A stretch of DNA of 64,000 nt from Malacoraja senta (lineage: Eukaryota): the NCBI GenBank assembly GCA_038087875.1, contig CM075990.1, positions 17,362,001-17,426,000 on the forward strand, in the 5' to 3' direction. Below, in pieces: positions 1 to 13,135 of the stretch; the stretch's first letter is position 1, and every line of letters starts with the position of its first letter. The notes under the pieces were generated by a model. The model was not told where the DNA came from. It saw only the letters and a list, made by a program, of their open reading frames with translations, and searched no databases. The position numbers and the translations under genes were made by a program.

Positions 1-804
1 TGGGCAAAAAGCTGACAATTTATGGTGATAAAATAAATCAAAAGCTGGATGATTATCAAAGTGGAGAGAGACTGCAGATTTGTGATGATCAGAAGGATTG
101 AGATGTTCCAATACATGAATCACCAGATGTTAGCAGGCAGGGGCACCAAAGCAGAAGTGTCCACGTCGCGGGGCTGGAAGCTGGAAGTATCCTGAGCTAA
201 TTCTGCTGCCACCATCATCTATTGCAACAAGTGATGGCTTCCACTGATTGTCGCCGGAAGCTTGCGTCCTTTTCAGGATGGACGATGTCAACATTTGAAA
301 CATGGAAGGTGGACACGAAAGAAGTAGCAAGCAGGTCCAACAAGTAGTTTGGAGGGAAAGGAGCATGTTGACGTTAATTGTAGAGGATGGAGTTGAAGCA
401 TGGGGAAGGTTAGTTCCAGTTGTATGTAGCGTTGGTGAGGCCACACCTGGAATACCGTGCACAGTAAGGTGCCTTTACCTAAGACAATACAGTAACATGA
501 GGCAGTCCAAGGGAGAATCCCCACGTTAATTCCTGGGATCACAGGGTTGTCCGATCAAGAGAGGCACTTTGTATTTCTTGTAGTTTAGAAGAATGAGGGG
601 TGACCTATTCAAATGTATAAGATCCCAAGGAGGCTTGACAAGGTATTTACATTGAACAACTCTGACGGTCGACTCTATCTTTGCCTCTCATAATTTGATA
701 CACTTCTCCTCGCAACCTCCAGTATTCCAGAGAAAACAATCCAAGTCTGTCCAACTTCTCCCTGAAGTTAGCAGCTTTGCGTCTGTCTAAACTTTGAAGT
801 AAAG

Positions 805-1085
805 AAAGACACAGAGTGCTGGAGTAACTCAGCGGGTCAGGCAGCATCTGTGGAGAACATGGATAGGTGACGTTTCAGATCGGGACTCTTCTTCAGATTG
901 TGGTGGTGGGTCGGAGTGGTGGTGGTGGGGGGGGGGGGGATTAAGCTGGAAGAGAGGTGAGTCAGGACAAAGCCTGGAGAGTGATAGTTGGATACAGGTG
1001 AGGGGTGTGTTTGATAGGCAGATGGTTGGACAGAAGCCAGAGAAGTGTGAGAAAAGGCTAGAAAAGTTGGGATTTGTGAAGCCTG
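805..1085 (-). mobile_element. Penelope-like element terminal (pLTR) fragment
   Basis: Reverse complement reads ...ctgaagaagagtcccgatctgaaacgtcacctatccatgttctccacagatgctgcctgacccgctgagttactccagcac, the same terminus that follows the GIY-YIG remnant at 1880-2560. Confidence 0.75.
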
Positions 1086-1879
1086 AGGAAGGAATAGAGG
1101 TGGAAGGGAAGAAATGAGAGCAACACGTTGAAGTGATTTGTTCATCCCCGGGTACTGTCTTCTCTCTGTTCTCGCCTGCACCAATCAGGTGTTGATGGAT
1201 TGGCACAGCTTCAAGTTCCAGAGCTTTGCTGCACTTCAACAACTCTTTACACTCATTCACTAATCCTAATTTATCCTCTTCACCAGAATCCCTCCGTCCC
1301 ACACGATGGTCCTCTGCCCTTCACCTTGGATTCTCAATTAATATAGCAGATGCCATGCCAGAGATGCTGCAAATAGCGGCAATGAAATCATCTGCTCTGT
1401 CGAGCTGCAACATCTCACTCTTTCCAGCCCTTGGTGATCAGAGCTGCGGCTCGCTTTTTGCTTCAAGGACTCCATTTAGAGCTCTCTCCTGCGTAGCTCT
1501 GCGGATCTGAGACACCCAACCTTTTCAAATGTCCTGATTATTTATTTTAATAATAATCTGGCCACTCACCTGAACTCATGGGGAACTGAGCTGAATGTTA
1601 TAATCAATAACAGAATAGGACCTCTCTTTGATATAGTTATACCCTAACCCATTACATACCTTGAAAATTAGTGCCTGCATAGTGTCTGCCTTAATTGAGA
1701 CACTTTCCTAATTAAGTGTTCAAGAGTCTCGAGTGTTTAAATGATCATACACACCAGTTATTGGACAATTAAATCATTTTTTGCTACATCTTTACTGGCC
1801 TTTAAGCACAAGAACACAAACAACTAAATGTATAATAATCAGTTAAATAATAAGTAAATATTCAGCAATGCGAGATAAC

Positions 1880-2560
1880 TTCGCTCAGTCCGCCTGGGCC
1901 TATCATGATCTCCCAGTTGCCAAACACTTTAAGTCTCCCTCCCATTCCCACACTGACCTTTCTGTCCTGGGCCTCCTCCATTGTCAGTGAGGCCAAATGC
2001 AAATTGGAGGAACCGCATCTCATATTTCGCTTGGGCAGCTTACACCCCAGTGGTATGATAATTTATTTCTCTAACTTCAAGTAACCCTTGCTTTCCCTGT
2101 CCTTCTCCATCCTTCCCCCACCCAAGTCCTACCAGCTTCAAAGTTGTCAAAGTTGTCTTGTTGAATTTCATTGTTTATAGACAATAGGTGCAGGAGTAGG
2201 CCATTTGGCCCTTCGATCAACCATTCAATGTGATCACGGCTGATCATCCCCAATCAGTACACCGTTCCTGCCTTCTCCCCATATCCCCTGACTCCGCTAT
2301 CTTTAAGAGCCCTATGTAGCTCACTCGTTTTCACCTGGCCTACAGCTAACTACAGTATGGCTGTTTCCTTTATCGTCCTTACTTTTTTGCATATCTTTCA
2401 TTCATTTATTCTACATCTCTCTACATCACCGTCTATACCTCTCGTTTCCCTTCCCCCTCAGTTTGAAGAAAGGCCTCGACCCAAAACGCACCTATTCCTT
2501 TTCTCCAGAGATGCTGCCTGACCCACTGAGTTACTCCAGCTTTTTGAGCCTATCTTTGTG
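1880..2560 (+). mobile_element. Penelope-like retroelement 3' end (degenerate GIY-YIG C-terminus plus pLTR), interrupted by a CR1 3' fragment
   Basis: With frameshifts it translates to PVAKHFKSPSHSHTDLSVLGLLHCQ..AKCKLEEPHLIFRLGSLHPSGM..FSNFK*, a typical Penelope endonuclease tail. A CR1 3' end (minus) is inserted at about 2177-2317. Confidence 0.8.
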
Positions 2561-3499
2561 TGACCACTTGATGTGTCTGGTTTACACACATTATGTGCAT
2601 GAACATCTGCCAACAGCTGGATGCCCTGCGGCCTTGTTACCCCCTTCTTCCATTCAATGCTTAACTGGAATATTTCCAAGGCAGCCTTTATACCTGACTC
2701 AGTGTGACTTCATTTATCCAGTGATGATGCAGAACTTTCATTCTATTAACACACTATATTGTCTTCTTCAAACTGTGTCTTTGGTTGCACTACAGACTAT
2801 GTGGTTACCCAGCACTTTATGCTCATTAATTTATTGTATTTTTGATGACTGTATATTTATTTGTGTGATATTGTGTTTACAGGCCAGTTGTTAAGCTGCA
2901 GCAAGTAAGAATTATATTGTTCCATTGTTGGTACATATGACCATTAAACACTAGAAACAAGGAACTGCAGATGCTGGCTTACCAAAGAAAGACACAAAAT
3001 GCTGGAGTAACTCAGCAGGTCAGGCAGCATCGCGAGAGAACATGGACAGGTGGCATTTCAAGCCCCAACCTATCAAGTTCTCCAGGGATACTGCCTGACC
3101 CGTTTAGTTACTCCACTACATTGTGCCTTTCCTTGTCTCTTGACTACACCCAACCCACCTGATTGCGGACATTGGACTTTTTCTCTGGAATTGTTATGTT
3201 ATAATACCAAGAACTATATTCTGCACTCTATCTTTCTCTTCTCTCTACTTGTTGTACTGGAGTTTGGCTCAATTGTATTCATGGAGAGTATGATCTGATT
3301 TGTTTGGATTACAAGCAAAAGAAAGTCTTTACACTCTAACTCATTACATGCCAACAATAGTAAAGCTAAATGAAACCTAGGTGGTCAAAACTGCATGCAG
3401 TCCTTCAGATGTGGCCCGACCAATGTATTATTAAACTGCAATGTCTCCTTGCAACCAGTGCTGCAGGATAATGAGTCAGAACGAAAAATAATGAATGTG

Positions 3500-4043
3500 C
3501 CGTAGAAAGCATTTTACCAGGAATCATCACAGCTTTGACTGGGAACTGCTCCATCCAAGACTGCAAGAAATGGCAGCGAATTGTGGCCGCAGCCCAGACA
3601 ATCACACAAACCAACCTCCCTTCTATTGACTCGATTTATACTTCCCGCTGCCCCGGCAAGGCCAGCAGCATAATCAAGGACGAGTCGCACCCTGGCCACT
3701 CCCTCTTCTCCCCTCTCCCATCAGGCAAAAGGTACAGAAGTGTGAAAACGCACACCTCCAGATTCAGGGTCAGTTTCTTCCCAGCTGTTATCAGGCAACT
3801 GAATCATCCTACCACAACCAGAGAGCAGTGCTGAACTACTATCTACCTCATTGGTGACTCTCAGACTATCTTTGATTGGAGTTTACTGGCTTTACCTTGC
3901 ACTAAACGTTAATCCCACAGCATGTATCTGAACCCTGTAAATGGCTCGATTGTAATCATGTATTGTCTTTCCGCTGACTGGTTAGCACGCAACAAAAGCT
4001 TTTCACTGTACCTCGGTACATGTGACAATAAACTAAACTGAAT
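3500..4043 (+). mobile_element. Rex1/Babar-like LINE 3' fragment
   Basis: ORF 3535-3834 GNCSIQDCKKWQRIV...HPGHSLFSPLPSGKRYRS...SFFPAVIRQLN, followed by a 3' UTR ending caataaactaaact. Confidence 0.8.
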
Positions 4044-5064
4044 GGGAAAAGATGGAATGTACTGGGAAATGTCAGCAGGTCAGTCAGTTTGTGCTGAAGG
4101 AACAGAGCAGTTTGAGCTGTAGAAGTCAGCTCTGCCATTTGTAAGATCTCAATTAACCCCTTGCCTAAAGCCCAGCCTGATTCCCAAGTGTGCAATTTCC
4201 AGCATCTGCAAAATTCTGCCCATCAGGCAGCATCTCTGGAGAAAAGGAATAGATGACATTAAGGGTCTCGACCCGAAACAGCAATAAAAATCTGCTGAGT
4301 TACTCCAGCATTTTGTGTCTATCTTCAACCTACAAACCTGTACGGATTTGTAGTGTGGGAGGAAACCGGAGCACCCTGAGAAAACCCACGCGGTCACAGG
4401 GAGAACGTGCAAACTCCTAACAGGCACCCATTGGGGTGAAGATAATCCAAGGCTCCAGCAACGCCAATACCTGCCTGATTCACATTCACATCTTTCAATC
4501 CCGAGTGCGATCATTCCGGGATCAAAGAGCCCGGAGAACATTCTCCCTTTATGATGCATCATAATGTTTGCACTTTGTGTGTGTGTCATGCTGTGAATTG
4601 AAAGCTCGGGTTTCTATATGTGCATCAGCCATCCCTGTTTGCATCACTGGTGTGGGTTTCTGCAGAGGATGAAGCAATGTTGTGAATTTGCACATGGCTC
4701 CAATTGTAAACTGCTGATTGCTGGTTGGTTTATTCAGCTTGGAAACACCAGCCTTTGTTGGCTGACATCAATCGTAACTAATAAGCAGAGCTTCAGTTCT
4801 GCGAATATAAAAAACAAATTGCAATATGTTGCCCGTTCCTATTTCTGTGCATGTTTTTGAAGCTAAATGAGGCAACAGTTGGGGGTGAGATAATTCCAGA
4901 CGGGATTTAGTGTTCCGCTTAGTCTTTCCTTGGGCAGCGAAAAGAATACTCAACATAATCTGTCCATAAAAGGTGCCACCAAGCCCTGCTCTCCCAACAG
5001 CAAACAGACAGGGTCTGGAAATTCACACCAGGAATGATATCAGTGTGAGGGGAAATCCTGATCT

Positions 5065-5330
5065 GAAATATTATCTATCCATGTTCTCCACAGATGCTGC
5101 CTGACCCGCTGAGTTACTCCAGCACTCTGTGAAACGTCACCTATCCATGTTCTCCACAGATGCTGCCTGACCCACTGAGTTACTCCAGCACTTTGTGAAA
5201 CGTCACCTATCCATGTTCTCCACAGATGCTGCCTGACCCGCTGAGTTACTCCAGCACTCTGTGAAACGTCACCTATCCATGTTCTCCACAGATGCTGCCT
5301 GACCCGCTGAGTTACTCCAGCACTCTGTGT
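5065..5330 (+). repeat. Tandem array, 4 x 66 bp, of the Penelope terminal sequence
   Basis: Units start at 5065, 5131, 5197 and 5263 (gaaacgtcacctatccatgttctccacagatgctgcctgacccgctgagttactccagcactctgt). Confidence 0.95.
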
Positions 5331-5912
5331 CCCTTTGATATTGTGACAATTGCTGTAAAATAGACTATGGTGCAGCTCAATATTTTATTGCAGAATTGAC
5401 ACCCCAATTATAAATGCGTCAAAAGCAGAATTGCCAAAGGTCTGGAGCCGCACAGCTGGTATCCAAACGCAAACTGAGTAATGGTGGGAGTGTTTAATAG
5501 AGGAGGGAACAAAAAGTGCTGGAGGTTTATGATTATAATTGCCACGTATACCGAGGTATAACAAAAACGCTTTGTCTTGCATGGGATCCAAGCAGATCAG
5601 ATAATACCATGCATAAATGAAATTAGGCCAAACCCAAGTACCATAGAACAGAGGGGAAGATACAGAGTGCAGAATATAGTTCTCAGCATTGTCGAGCATT
5701 AGATCCATAGACAAAGTCTAATGTCTGCAATGGGGTAGAGGTGAATCAAATAGCACCCTAGCTTATGGAAGCACCGTTCAGAAGCTTCATAGCAATTCAA
5801 TGGGTCAGGCAGCATCTGTGGAGGGAAAAGACAGAGGAGGTTTCAAGTTGGAACCCTTCCTCGGACTTCTGTACCGACCCAAAATATCATTGGCTCATTC
5901 TCTTCACACATG

Positions 5913-6710
5913 CCCGTGATCGCATGGGTTTTCTCCAGGTGCTCCAGTTTCCTCCTACACTCCAAAGACATGCAGGATTGTAGGTTAGTTGTCCTGGTAA
6001 AATTGTAAATTGTCCCCAGTGTGTGTAGTGTATGGGGTACGGGGCCCCCCTTCCCCAGTGTATGTAGTGTATGGGGTACGGGGCCCCCTTCCCCAGTGTA
6101 TGTAGTGTATGGGGTACGGGGCCCCCCTTCCCCAGTGTGTGTAGTGTATGGGGTACGGGGCCCCCCTTCCCCAGTGTGTGTAGTGTATGGGGTACGGGGC
6201 CCCCCTTCCCCAGTGTATGTAGTGTATGGGGTACGGGGCCCCCCTTCCCCAGTGTGTGTAGTGTATGGGGTACGGGGCCCCCCTTCCCTAGTGTGTGTAG
6301 TGTATGGGGTACGGGGCCCCCCTTCCCTAGTGTGTGTAGTGTATGGGGTACGGGGCCCCCCTTCCCTAGTGTGTGTAGTGTATGGGGTACGGGGCCCCCC
6401 TTCCCCAGTGTGTGTAGTGTATGGGGTACGGGGCCCCCCTTCCCTAGTGTGTGTAGTGTATGGGGTACGGGGCCCCCCTTCCCCAGTGTGTGTAGTGTAT
6501 GGGGTATGGGGCCCCCCTTCCCCAGTGTGTATGGGGTACGGGGCCCCCCTTCCCCAGTGTGTGTAGCATATGGGGTACGGGGCCCCCCTTCCCCAGTGTG
6601 TGTAGTGTATGGGGTACGGGGCCCCCCTTCCCTAGTGTGTGTAGTGTACAGGGTGATCACTGGTCAGCATGGACTCGGTGGGCCAAACTCGCTGATTTTG
6701 TTTTGCAAAC
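5913..6710 (+). mobile_element. HE1/V-SINE-like element (5'-truncated) containing a minisatellite expansion
   Basis: V-domain-like gggttttctccaggtgctccagtttcctcctacactccaaagacatgcagg precedes the array; the SINE tail (gggtgatcactggtcagcatggactcggtgggcc) follows it. Confidence 0.8.
6014..6648. repeat. 39-bp minisatellite, about 16 copies
   Basis: Unit ccccagtgtgtgtagtgtatggggtacggggcccccctt; gives 13-aa periodicity in the ORF track. Confidence 0.97.
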
Positions 6711-8644
6711 CTCTACCCCATTGCGGACATTTTGTTTTTTGTATATATTGAATATCTGCATTGGCTCCACCTCCACATCTTCTGTAGTAGAGAGCTCCAA
6801 AAGTTCACAACCCTCTGGCAGAAGACATTCATTTTTACTTCTGTGTAAAATGGTTAGCTATTTATATTGTAAAACTTTTCTCCTAGTTGTAGATGTAAAC
6901 TCCACAAGCATCCTTCTCTCTGTCATGCCCCATCACATATCATTGGTCTGAATGGGAACATGGCTCAGAGGGTGACCAGCCTCCTGAGTCGGGGGTTTGT
7001 GAGTTAAACCTCAGCCTGGAGTTGTTCTGGGAGGCGTGCAGTCCAGACGGATCACTGACCATCACAGGTACCCATGGGAAGGTCATTTTTTGCTGGATAT
7101 TTTGGTTTTCATTTATTTTTTTGTTTCTGTATCTAACAGCAACAGTTGGCCACTGTTACATTCCCTCCACAGATGCTGCTTGACCTGTTGGGTTCCTGCA
7201 GCATTTTGTGTTTTTCTCTACAGTCCCTTGTGTCTCATCTTAAAGAAATGTTAGGTTTATTTTAGTCGACACGTGTACCATGGTTCAGTGAAAAGCTTTT
7301 TGTAGTGTGCAATCCAATCAGAGGAAAGACTATACCTGATTACAATCAATGTGTAAGAATGAACTGCAGATGCTGGTTTAAATGGCAGGTAGACACAAAA
7401 TGCTGGAGTAACTCAGCGGGTGAGGCAGCATCTCTGGAGAGAAGGAATGGGCGACGTTTCGGGTCGATATTTCAATCAAGCCGTCCACAGTGTACAGATA
7501 CAGGATAAAGGGAATAATGTTTACTGCAAGATAAAGTCCAGAATAGTCCAATTAAAGATAGTTCAAAAGGTCTCCAATGAGGTAGATGGGAGGTCAGGAC
7601 CGCTCTCTAGCTGGTGAGAGAACCGTTCAGTTGCCTGATAACAGCTGAGAAGAAAATGTTATCAAGCAACTGAACCCTTGGTTCAGATTCTTTGGTTTCT
7701 GTCTCATCACGTACGTTCATCTTCTGCTCTCTCAACCCGTCACCCACCCTTACAACTTAATACTTGTAACTGTGAATGGGCGATTGATGGCCAAGCTGGA
7801 CACAGCCCTTCAGCCTACTGAGTCAACGCCGGCCATTGATCACCCGTTCACACCAGTTCTGCTATCCTTTATCATCCACTCCCTACACACTGGGGGCAGC
7901 TTACAGAGGATGAATACAATGCATGGAATACACAAGGATTTCTAAAGATGATGATTGTAAATGGAGAAGTCAACATTGTTCTCTGCTGTCCAGTCACATT
8001 GAACCCATGTGTGGCTTGATTTGACTGGAGCGCTTGCAAGCAAAGCTTTTCTCTGTAGATTGGTACACGTAATATACCAATAGCAAAGTAAACTGTTGAA
8101 CAACATGGTTGTCTGTCCCCTTGAGTTGAGTGAATACAATATCTGTGCAGAACACTGTGGGCAGCTTGATTGTAGTCATGGATTAAGGAGAAAGGAACTG
8201 TGGCGGTTTTGGGCCGTGAACCGTGAATGAAGACAGAAGAGGCCAGCCGTGTTAATTGTAGCTACATTTTAAGAGAGAGAATGTTTAATTGGTCATAGGT
8301 ACCAGCACCAAAATGATAAATTGTATGTATGTGCTGCAGCTTTGCAATCAATATACAAATAAATATACAATTCTGTCATCAATAATACAATAAATTAATA
8401 ATCAGTAATATGAGGTAACCATACCAAACCAGTGCAAAACCACAGTCTGTTGTCCAACCAGACCTGGGCCTGAAGGGTCTCGACCCGAAACGTCACCCAT
8501 TCCTTCGCTCCAGAGATGCTGCCTGTCTCGCTGAGTTACTCCAGCATTTTGTGTCTATCTTCAAACGTGTTTATCTCAGCTGGCACGTGCCATCGCTTCT
8601 ATCAATAGTACCATTCATCGCTTGAACAGGTTGTTTGATGGGAT

Positions 8645-8972
8645 TTAGTTTAGTTTAGAAATACAGAGCAGAAATAGGCCCTTTGGCCAACTGAGTCCAA
8701 GCTGAGCAGTGATCACCCTGTACACTACACACACTAGGGACAGTGGCCCCCAACCCCAATGACCCCACACTACACACACTGGGGCAATGTACAATTTTAC
8801 CAAGACCATTAACCTACAAACCTGCACGTTTTTGGAGTGTAGGGGGAACCTAGAGCACCCGGAGAAAACCCATGCGATCACGGGGAGAACGTACAAACTC
8901 CGTGCAGACAACACCCAGAGTCAGGATCGAACCCGGTCTCTGGCGCTATGAGGCAGCAACTCTACCGCTGTC
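8645..8972 (-). mobile_element. HE1/V-SINE-like tRNA-derived SINE, near full length
   Basis: Minus strand: cagcggtagagttgctgcctca...ggttcgatcc (B box), V-like core, CR1-type tail ending ctaaactaaac. Confidence 0.85.
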
Positions 8973-9654
8973 CAAATGAAATGCACCCAATGGTTGCAGA
9001 CAGCTTTGTTTCACCCCTTATTGAAGCTTCCTCCATTCTGACCAAACCTTCATGCAAGGATTGACCTACAGGCATTGGCTTTGCAGTAATCGCACAGTGG
9101 GGAGTTATATAAGCCAGCAGCATGCGTGAATGGATTTGTGCGTTTCAGCAATAAATCCCTGATACTGAGTATCGAGCAATCTGTGGATTTCTGATCTCAT
9201 GGTTAAATATATACAGTGATGTAACATACCAGAGATCTGACTTTTAAATGTAAAGAACACCTCTCTGTGGCAGATGGAGTCCTGTTCCCTGTGGCTGTGA
9301 CATAACACAGGGGTGAGGGATAATTTAGCTTTCCATCTGAAAAAGATTAACTCATGAGTACTTCTTGTTCATGAGTACAGTCTAGTTTGGGATTTCATTC
9401 TTGGGCCATGGGTAACATGCTCAGACCAGCATTTATTGGGCTTGTTGGGGTCAAGGAAAGAGCGTTCACGTCGCGGCCCTGTTTCCACCAATCTTCCCAC
9501 CACCACGCACAAGAAGCGACAAGACAGACACCATTGTATGCAGATGCCGAGAAGTGCGATCAGCTCTGGCTGAACAACCTCTAATCTTGTGTGTGGATTC
9601 AATAAGAAGAATATTGGGCTTGTTAAAGTCTGGCTGGATTGCTGCTTTGGCCCA

Positions 9655-9925
9655 CTGCTGTCATACAGCACGGAAACAGGCCCTTCGGCCCAACCTGTCA
9701 ATGCTGACAAAGATGCCCCATCTAAGTTGTTGCCATTTGCCCGCGTTTGGACGATATCCCTCCAGATTTTTCCTGTCCATGCACCTATCCAAATGTCTTT
9801 AAAATATTGTTGTTGTACCCATCTCAACTACTTCCCCTGGTAGCTCATTCATTATACCCAGTACTCTCCGAGTGAGAAAGTTACCACTCTGGTTTCTATA
9901 AATCTTTCTCCTCTCACCTTAACCA
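9655..9925 (-). mobile_element. Old CR1-like LINE 3' fragment
   Basis: gaaacaggcccttcggccc...ccatttgcccgcgtttgg...ctatccaaatgtcttt...ctctcaccttaa, the CR1 ORF2 end and 3' UTR seen repeatedly in the window. Confidence 0.7.
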
Positions 9926-10024
9926 TTCTACCTGTGAGACTACTTTCAGGGAACTATTTACTTGCTCTCCTGGTTCCTTCTGCTTCATTTGGAACGATCT
10001 ATTTGTGGTAGGATTTGATTGATT

Positions 10025-10312
10025 GAAAGATACAGCATGGAAACAGGCCCTTCGGCCCACCGACTCCACACTGACCATTAATCGGTCGTTCACACTAGTT
10101 TCGCATCCACTCCTTACACACTAGGGGCAATTTACAGAAGCCAATTAACACACAAACCTGTATGTCTTTGGGATGTGGGAGGAAACTGGAGCACCCGGAG
10201 GAAACCCACGTGGTCACAGGGAGAACGTACAAACTGCACACAGACAGCATCCGAGGTCAGGATCGAACCCCGGTCTCTGGGTCTATGAGGCAGCAGCTCT
10301 ACCACTCTGTGG
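10025..10312 (-). mobile_element. HE1/V-SINE-like SINE
   Basis: Same head (ggttcgatcc), core and tail as 8645-8972. Confidence 0.85.
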
Positions 10313-10713
10313 CTTGTATTTAGGCCATTTCTCACTGCTATATATTCTGCACATCACTGAACTCTTCCAGGTTCGGAGAAATGACATTTACTGGAGCTCA
10401 GATCAGATGCAGTTAATTTGCAAATTACAAGTGCATGTAGTTATCTTTTATTGGCCTCAGCGTATGCAGACAGATAACCTGATATGGTTTCAGCAGCAGA
10501 CTTATTGACAGCTAATTTATCTTCCAATCACTGATGTGTGTCTCGAATTATACCATGGAAGGGAATACACCTTGTAGCAGCAGGGTGGATTTAACATCGT
10601 AAAACCCCAGTAGACTAGGCGAGTTCAACACCAATAAACCTCCAGCTTCTCAACTGCCTGAACCCAGCTTGGTCATTCTAGCTGGAAAATATAGCCACTA
10701 ATGTACTAAAGAC

Positions 10714-11190
10714 ATGCTCGACCAGGCAAAAAGCCCAGCCCACAGGCGCATCATCACCTCTCCATCCAGTCATTCATGGGGCAGTGCATCAGGAAGGCTG
10801 GAAGCATCACCGAGGATGCCCGCCACCCCGGCCATTCCCCTTTACTCTCTCATTCCTTCTGGGAGAAGATGCAGGAGCTTGAAAGCCCAAACATCTAGAC
10901 TTAACAGAGCATCTTCCAACTACTAACGGACCCCTGAACCAATCACCTTGTTCCCACCCTAATCACCGAGACCCTGTCACAAACTCTCACTCTGAACTTT
11001 ACTTTGCACTTTGTACTTTAATATTCTTTTGCAGTACTTGGACGTTGCATCACCATCTTGCACCGTTGTACTGTTTTGTACTCAGCATTGTATTTATTGC
11101 TGTATTTATCATTCCTGTGTATATAGTGTTTAGTCTATGAACTTCATGTGTACAAGGAATTTCAAGGTACTATCGTGCATATGACAATAC
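10714..11190 (+). mobile_element. Degenerate Rex1/Babar-like LINE 3' fragment
   Basis: YSLIPSGRRCRSLKAQTSRL motif followed by a 3' UTR ending atgacaata. Confidence 0.65.
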
Positions 11191-11339
11191 ATTGATCTAT
11201 ACTAATACTGTAGACATAAGGAACTGCAGTTGCTGGAATCAAGAAGGGTCCTGCCCATTCCCACCACAGATGCTGTCTGATCCGCTAAGACACTCCAGCA
11301 TTTTGTGCTTTAATCTGATACAATTCTTTGAGAACTCTG

Positions 11340-11670
11340 GGCTCCCATCAGGCAGAAGGTACAGAAGGTTGAAAGCTTGCACCACCAGACCCAGGAACAG
11401 CTTCTTCCCCTCTGTTATCAGGCTTCTGAACGGTCCTTCCATAAACTTGTTTGATTCACCTCTACCCCATTGCGGACATTGGACTTAGTCTCTGGAGCTG
11501 GTGCGCTACAATGCTGAGAACTATATTCTGCACTCTGTATCTTCCCCTTTGCTCTACCTGTTGTATGAGTTTGAACTGATTGTATCTATGAATGGTGCAT
11601 CTGATCTGTTTCGATAGCATGCTAAACAAAGCTTTGTACTCTACCTTGGTTCATGTGATAATAATAAATC
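11340..11670 (+). mobile_element. Rex1/Babar-like LINE 3' fragment
   Basis: LPSGRRYRRLKACTTRPRNSFFPSVIRLLN followed by a 3' UTR. Confidence 0.75.
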
Positions 11671-12709
11671 TGTAATACTGCTCTCCAGTGGCTTTCCAAT
11701 TGCCCCATGTGTTAGCCAGATCGTTAGCTTAGCTACTAAACTCTGGAATTACCTGTAAACACCTCGATCTCTCTTCCATTGAAGCCTCTCAAAGCCCATC
11801 TCTTTAACTAAGCCTTGGCTTCCTCCCTTTATATGGCTGAGTCTGAATGTTTCTTTGATTCTACTTTTGTGATGTTTTAACATGTTAAATCCAAGATATT
11901 GTTACACGGTGCTTTCACTTCCTGTGCAACAACCTGGAGCCACTCACCAATGATTGGGAGATAAATAAGTCTGCTGTGGAAACCATACCAGGTTATCAGC
12001 CTGAAAGATCAAAGTCCCACAAAGGTAACGGCATGTACTAGTATTTGCAAAGTTAGCTGCGTCTGATGTGCCTGTTAGTTGCAAGCTCCACTGACATGAC
12101 ACATCGCAGCACTTTAAACAGGTTCAGCAGTCATAGTTTTGTGTGAAGACTGACAGGGCATTCATTGCCCTGAAGTGATTTCTGCTATCATCCTTTACAA
12201 GTCTAACTTCTGCACCATCTCTGGTGAGGTGTGAGCCTCATAAAGAGACTATTAGCTCACAGGAAGTGGCACATGAATATTAATGTTAGAAGACAACTGA
12301 TGTCAAGTGATAAAGCCTCCACCACATCTTATTATTTACATATTTCACACTGTTAACTGCTTTCTTCCCAGCTATTATCAGGCAACTGAACCATCCCATC
12401 ACCAACTAAAGACCGGTCCTGACCTGCCATCCGCCTCATTGGAGACCCTCAGATTATCTTTAATCGCACTTTACTGGGCTTTATCCTGTATTAAACATTA
12501 TTCCCTTCATCCTGTGTCTGTACACTGTGGATGGCTTGGTTATAATCTTGTATAGTCTTTGTGCTGACTGGATAGCACGCGACAGAAAAGCTTTTCACTG
12601 TACCTCGGTAAACGTGACATAACAAACTAAACTAAACTAATCTATGTGTGACTTTGCCGAGTGCAATGTGTATCGCTGGTCAATGGCACTAATAGGATAA
12701 ACACCCAAT

Positions 12710-13135
12710 CCCTCCTTTCTCCCCCCCCCCCCACCGTGCCACATCTGGATTGGCCCCTATTTCTATCCCCTCTCCCTTCAACCACAATCCTTTCTCTGGC
12801 TTCACAATTCACAACTCTTCAATCCTTTTGACTCTCAATCTTCAATTTCAATATCTGACCTTTGTTCCAACCATCTGCCTATCAGCCCACAACACCCCCC
12901 CCCTCCCCACCCCTTCTCCCCTCGCATGTGTCTACCTGTCGGCTGCCACTCTTTGCCCTCTCTCCCCTCTCCCAGCTTTCCTCCCCCTTTCCCCCACCAC
13001 AATCAGTCTGAAGAAAGGTCCTGGCCCAAAACGTCACTCATCCATGTTCTCCTGAGTTGCAGCCTGACCTGCTGAGTTACTCCAGCACTTTGTCCTTTAA
13101 TGTAAACCAGGATGTGTGGTTTGTTATTTCTGCAT
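12710..13135 (+). mobile_element. Penelope-like pLTR fragment
   Basis: Same subfamily as 805-1085; cagtctgaagaaaggtcctggcccaaaacgtcac...gagttactccagcac. Confidence 0.7.

Noticed and set aside
1564..1592. Perfect minus-strand donor CAG|GTGAGT as a possible exon of an upstream gene (TMEM273 expected by human synteny)
   Set aside because: About one such 9-mer is expected by chance in this window, and no recognisable peptide is encoded
5065..5330. CRISPR-like regular repeats
   Set aside because: Units are contiguous with no unique spacers, there are no cas genes, and the context is eukaryotic
5887..6951. ORFs of 150-257 aa on both strands
   Set aside because: By-products of a stop-free 39-bp minisatellite
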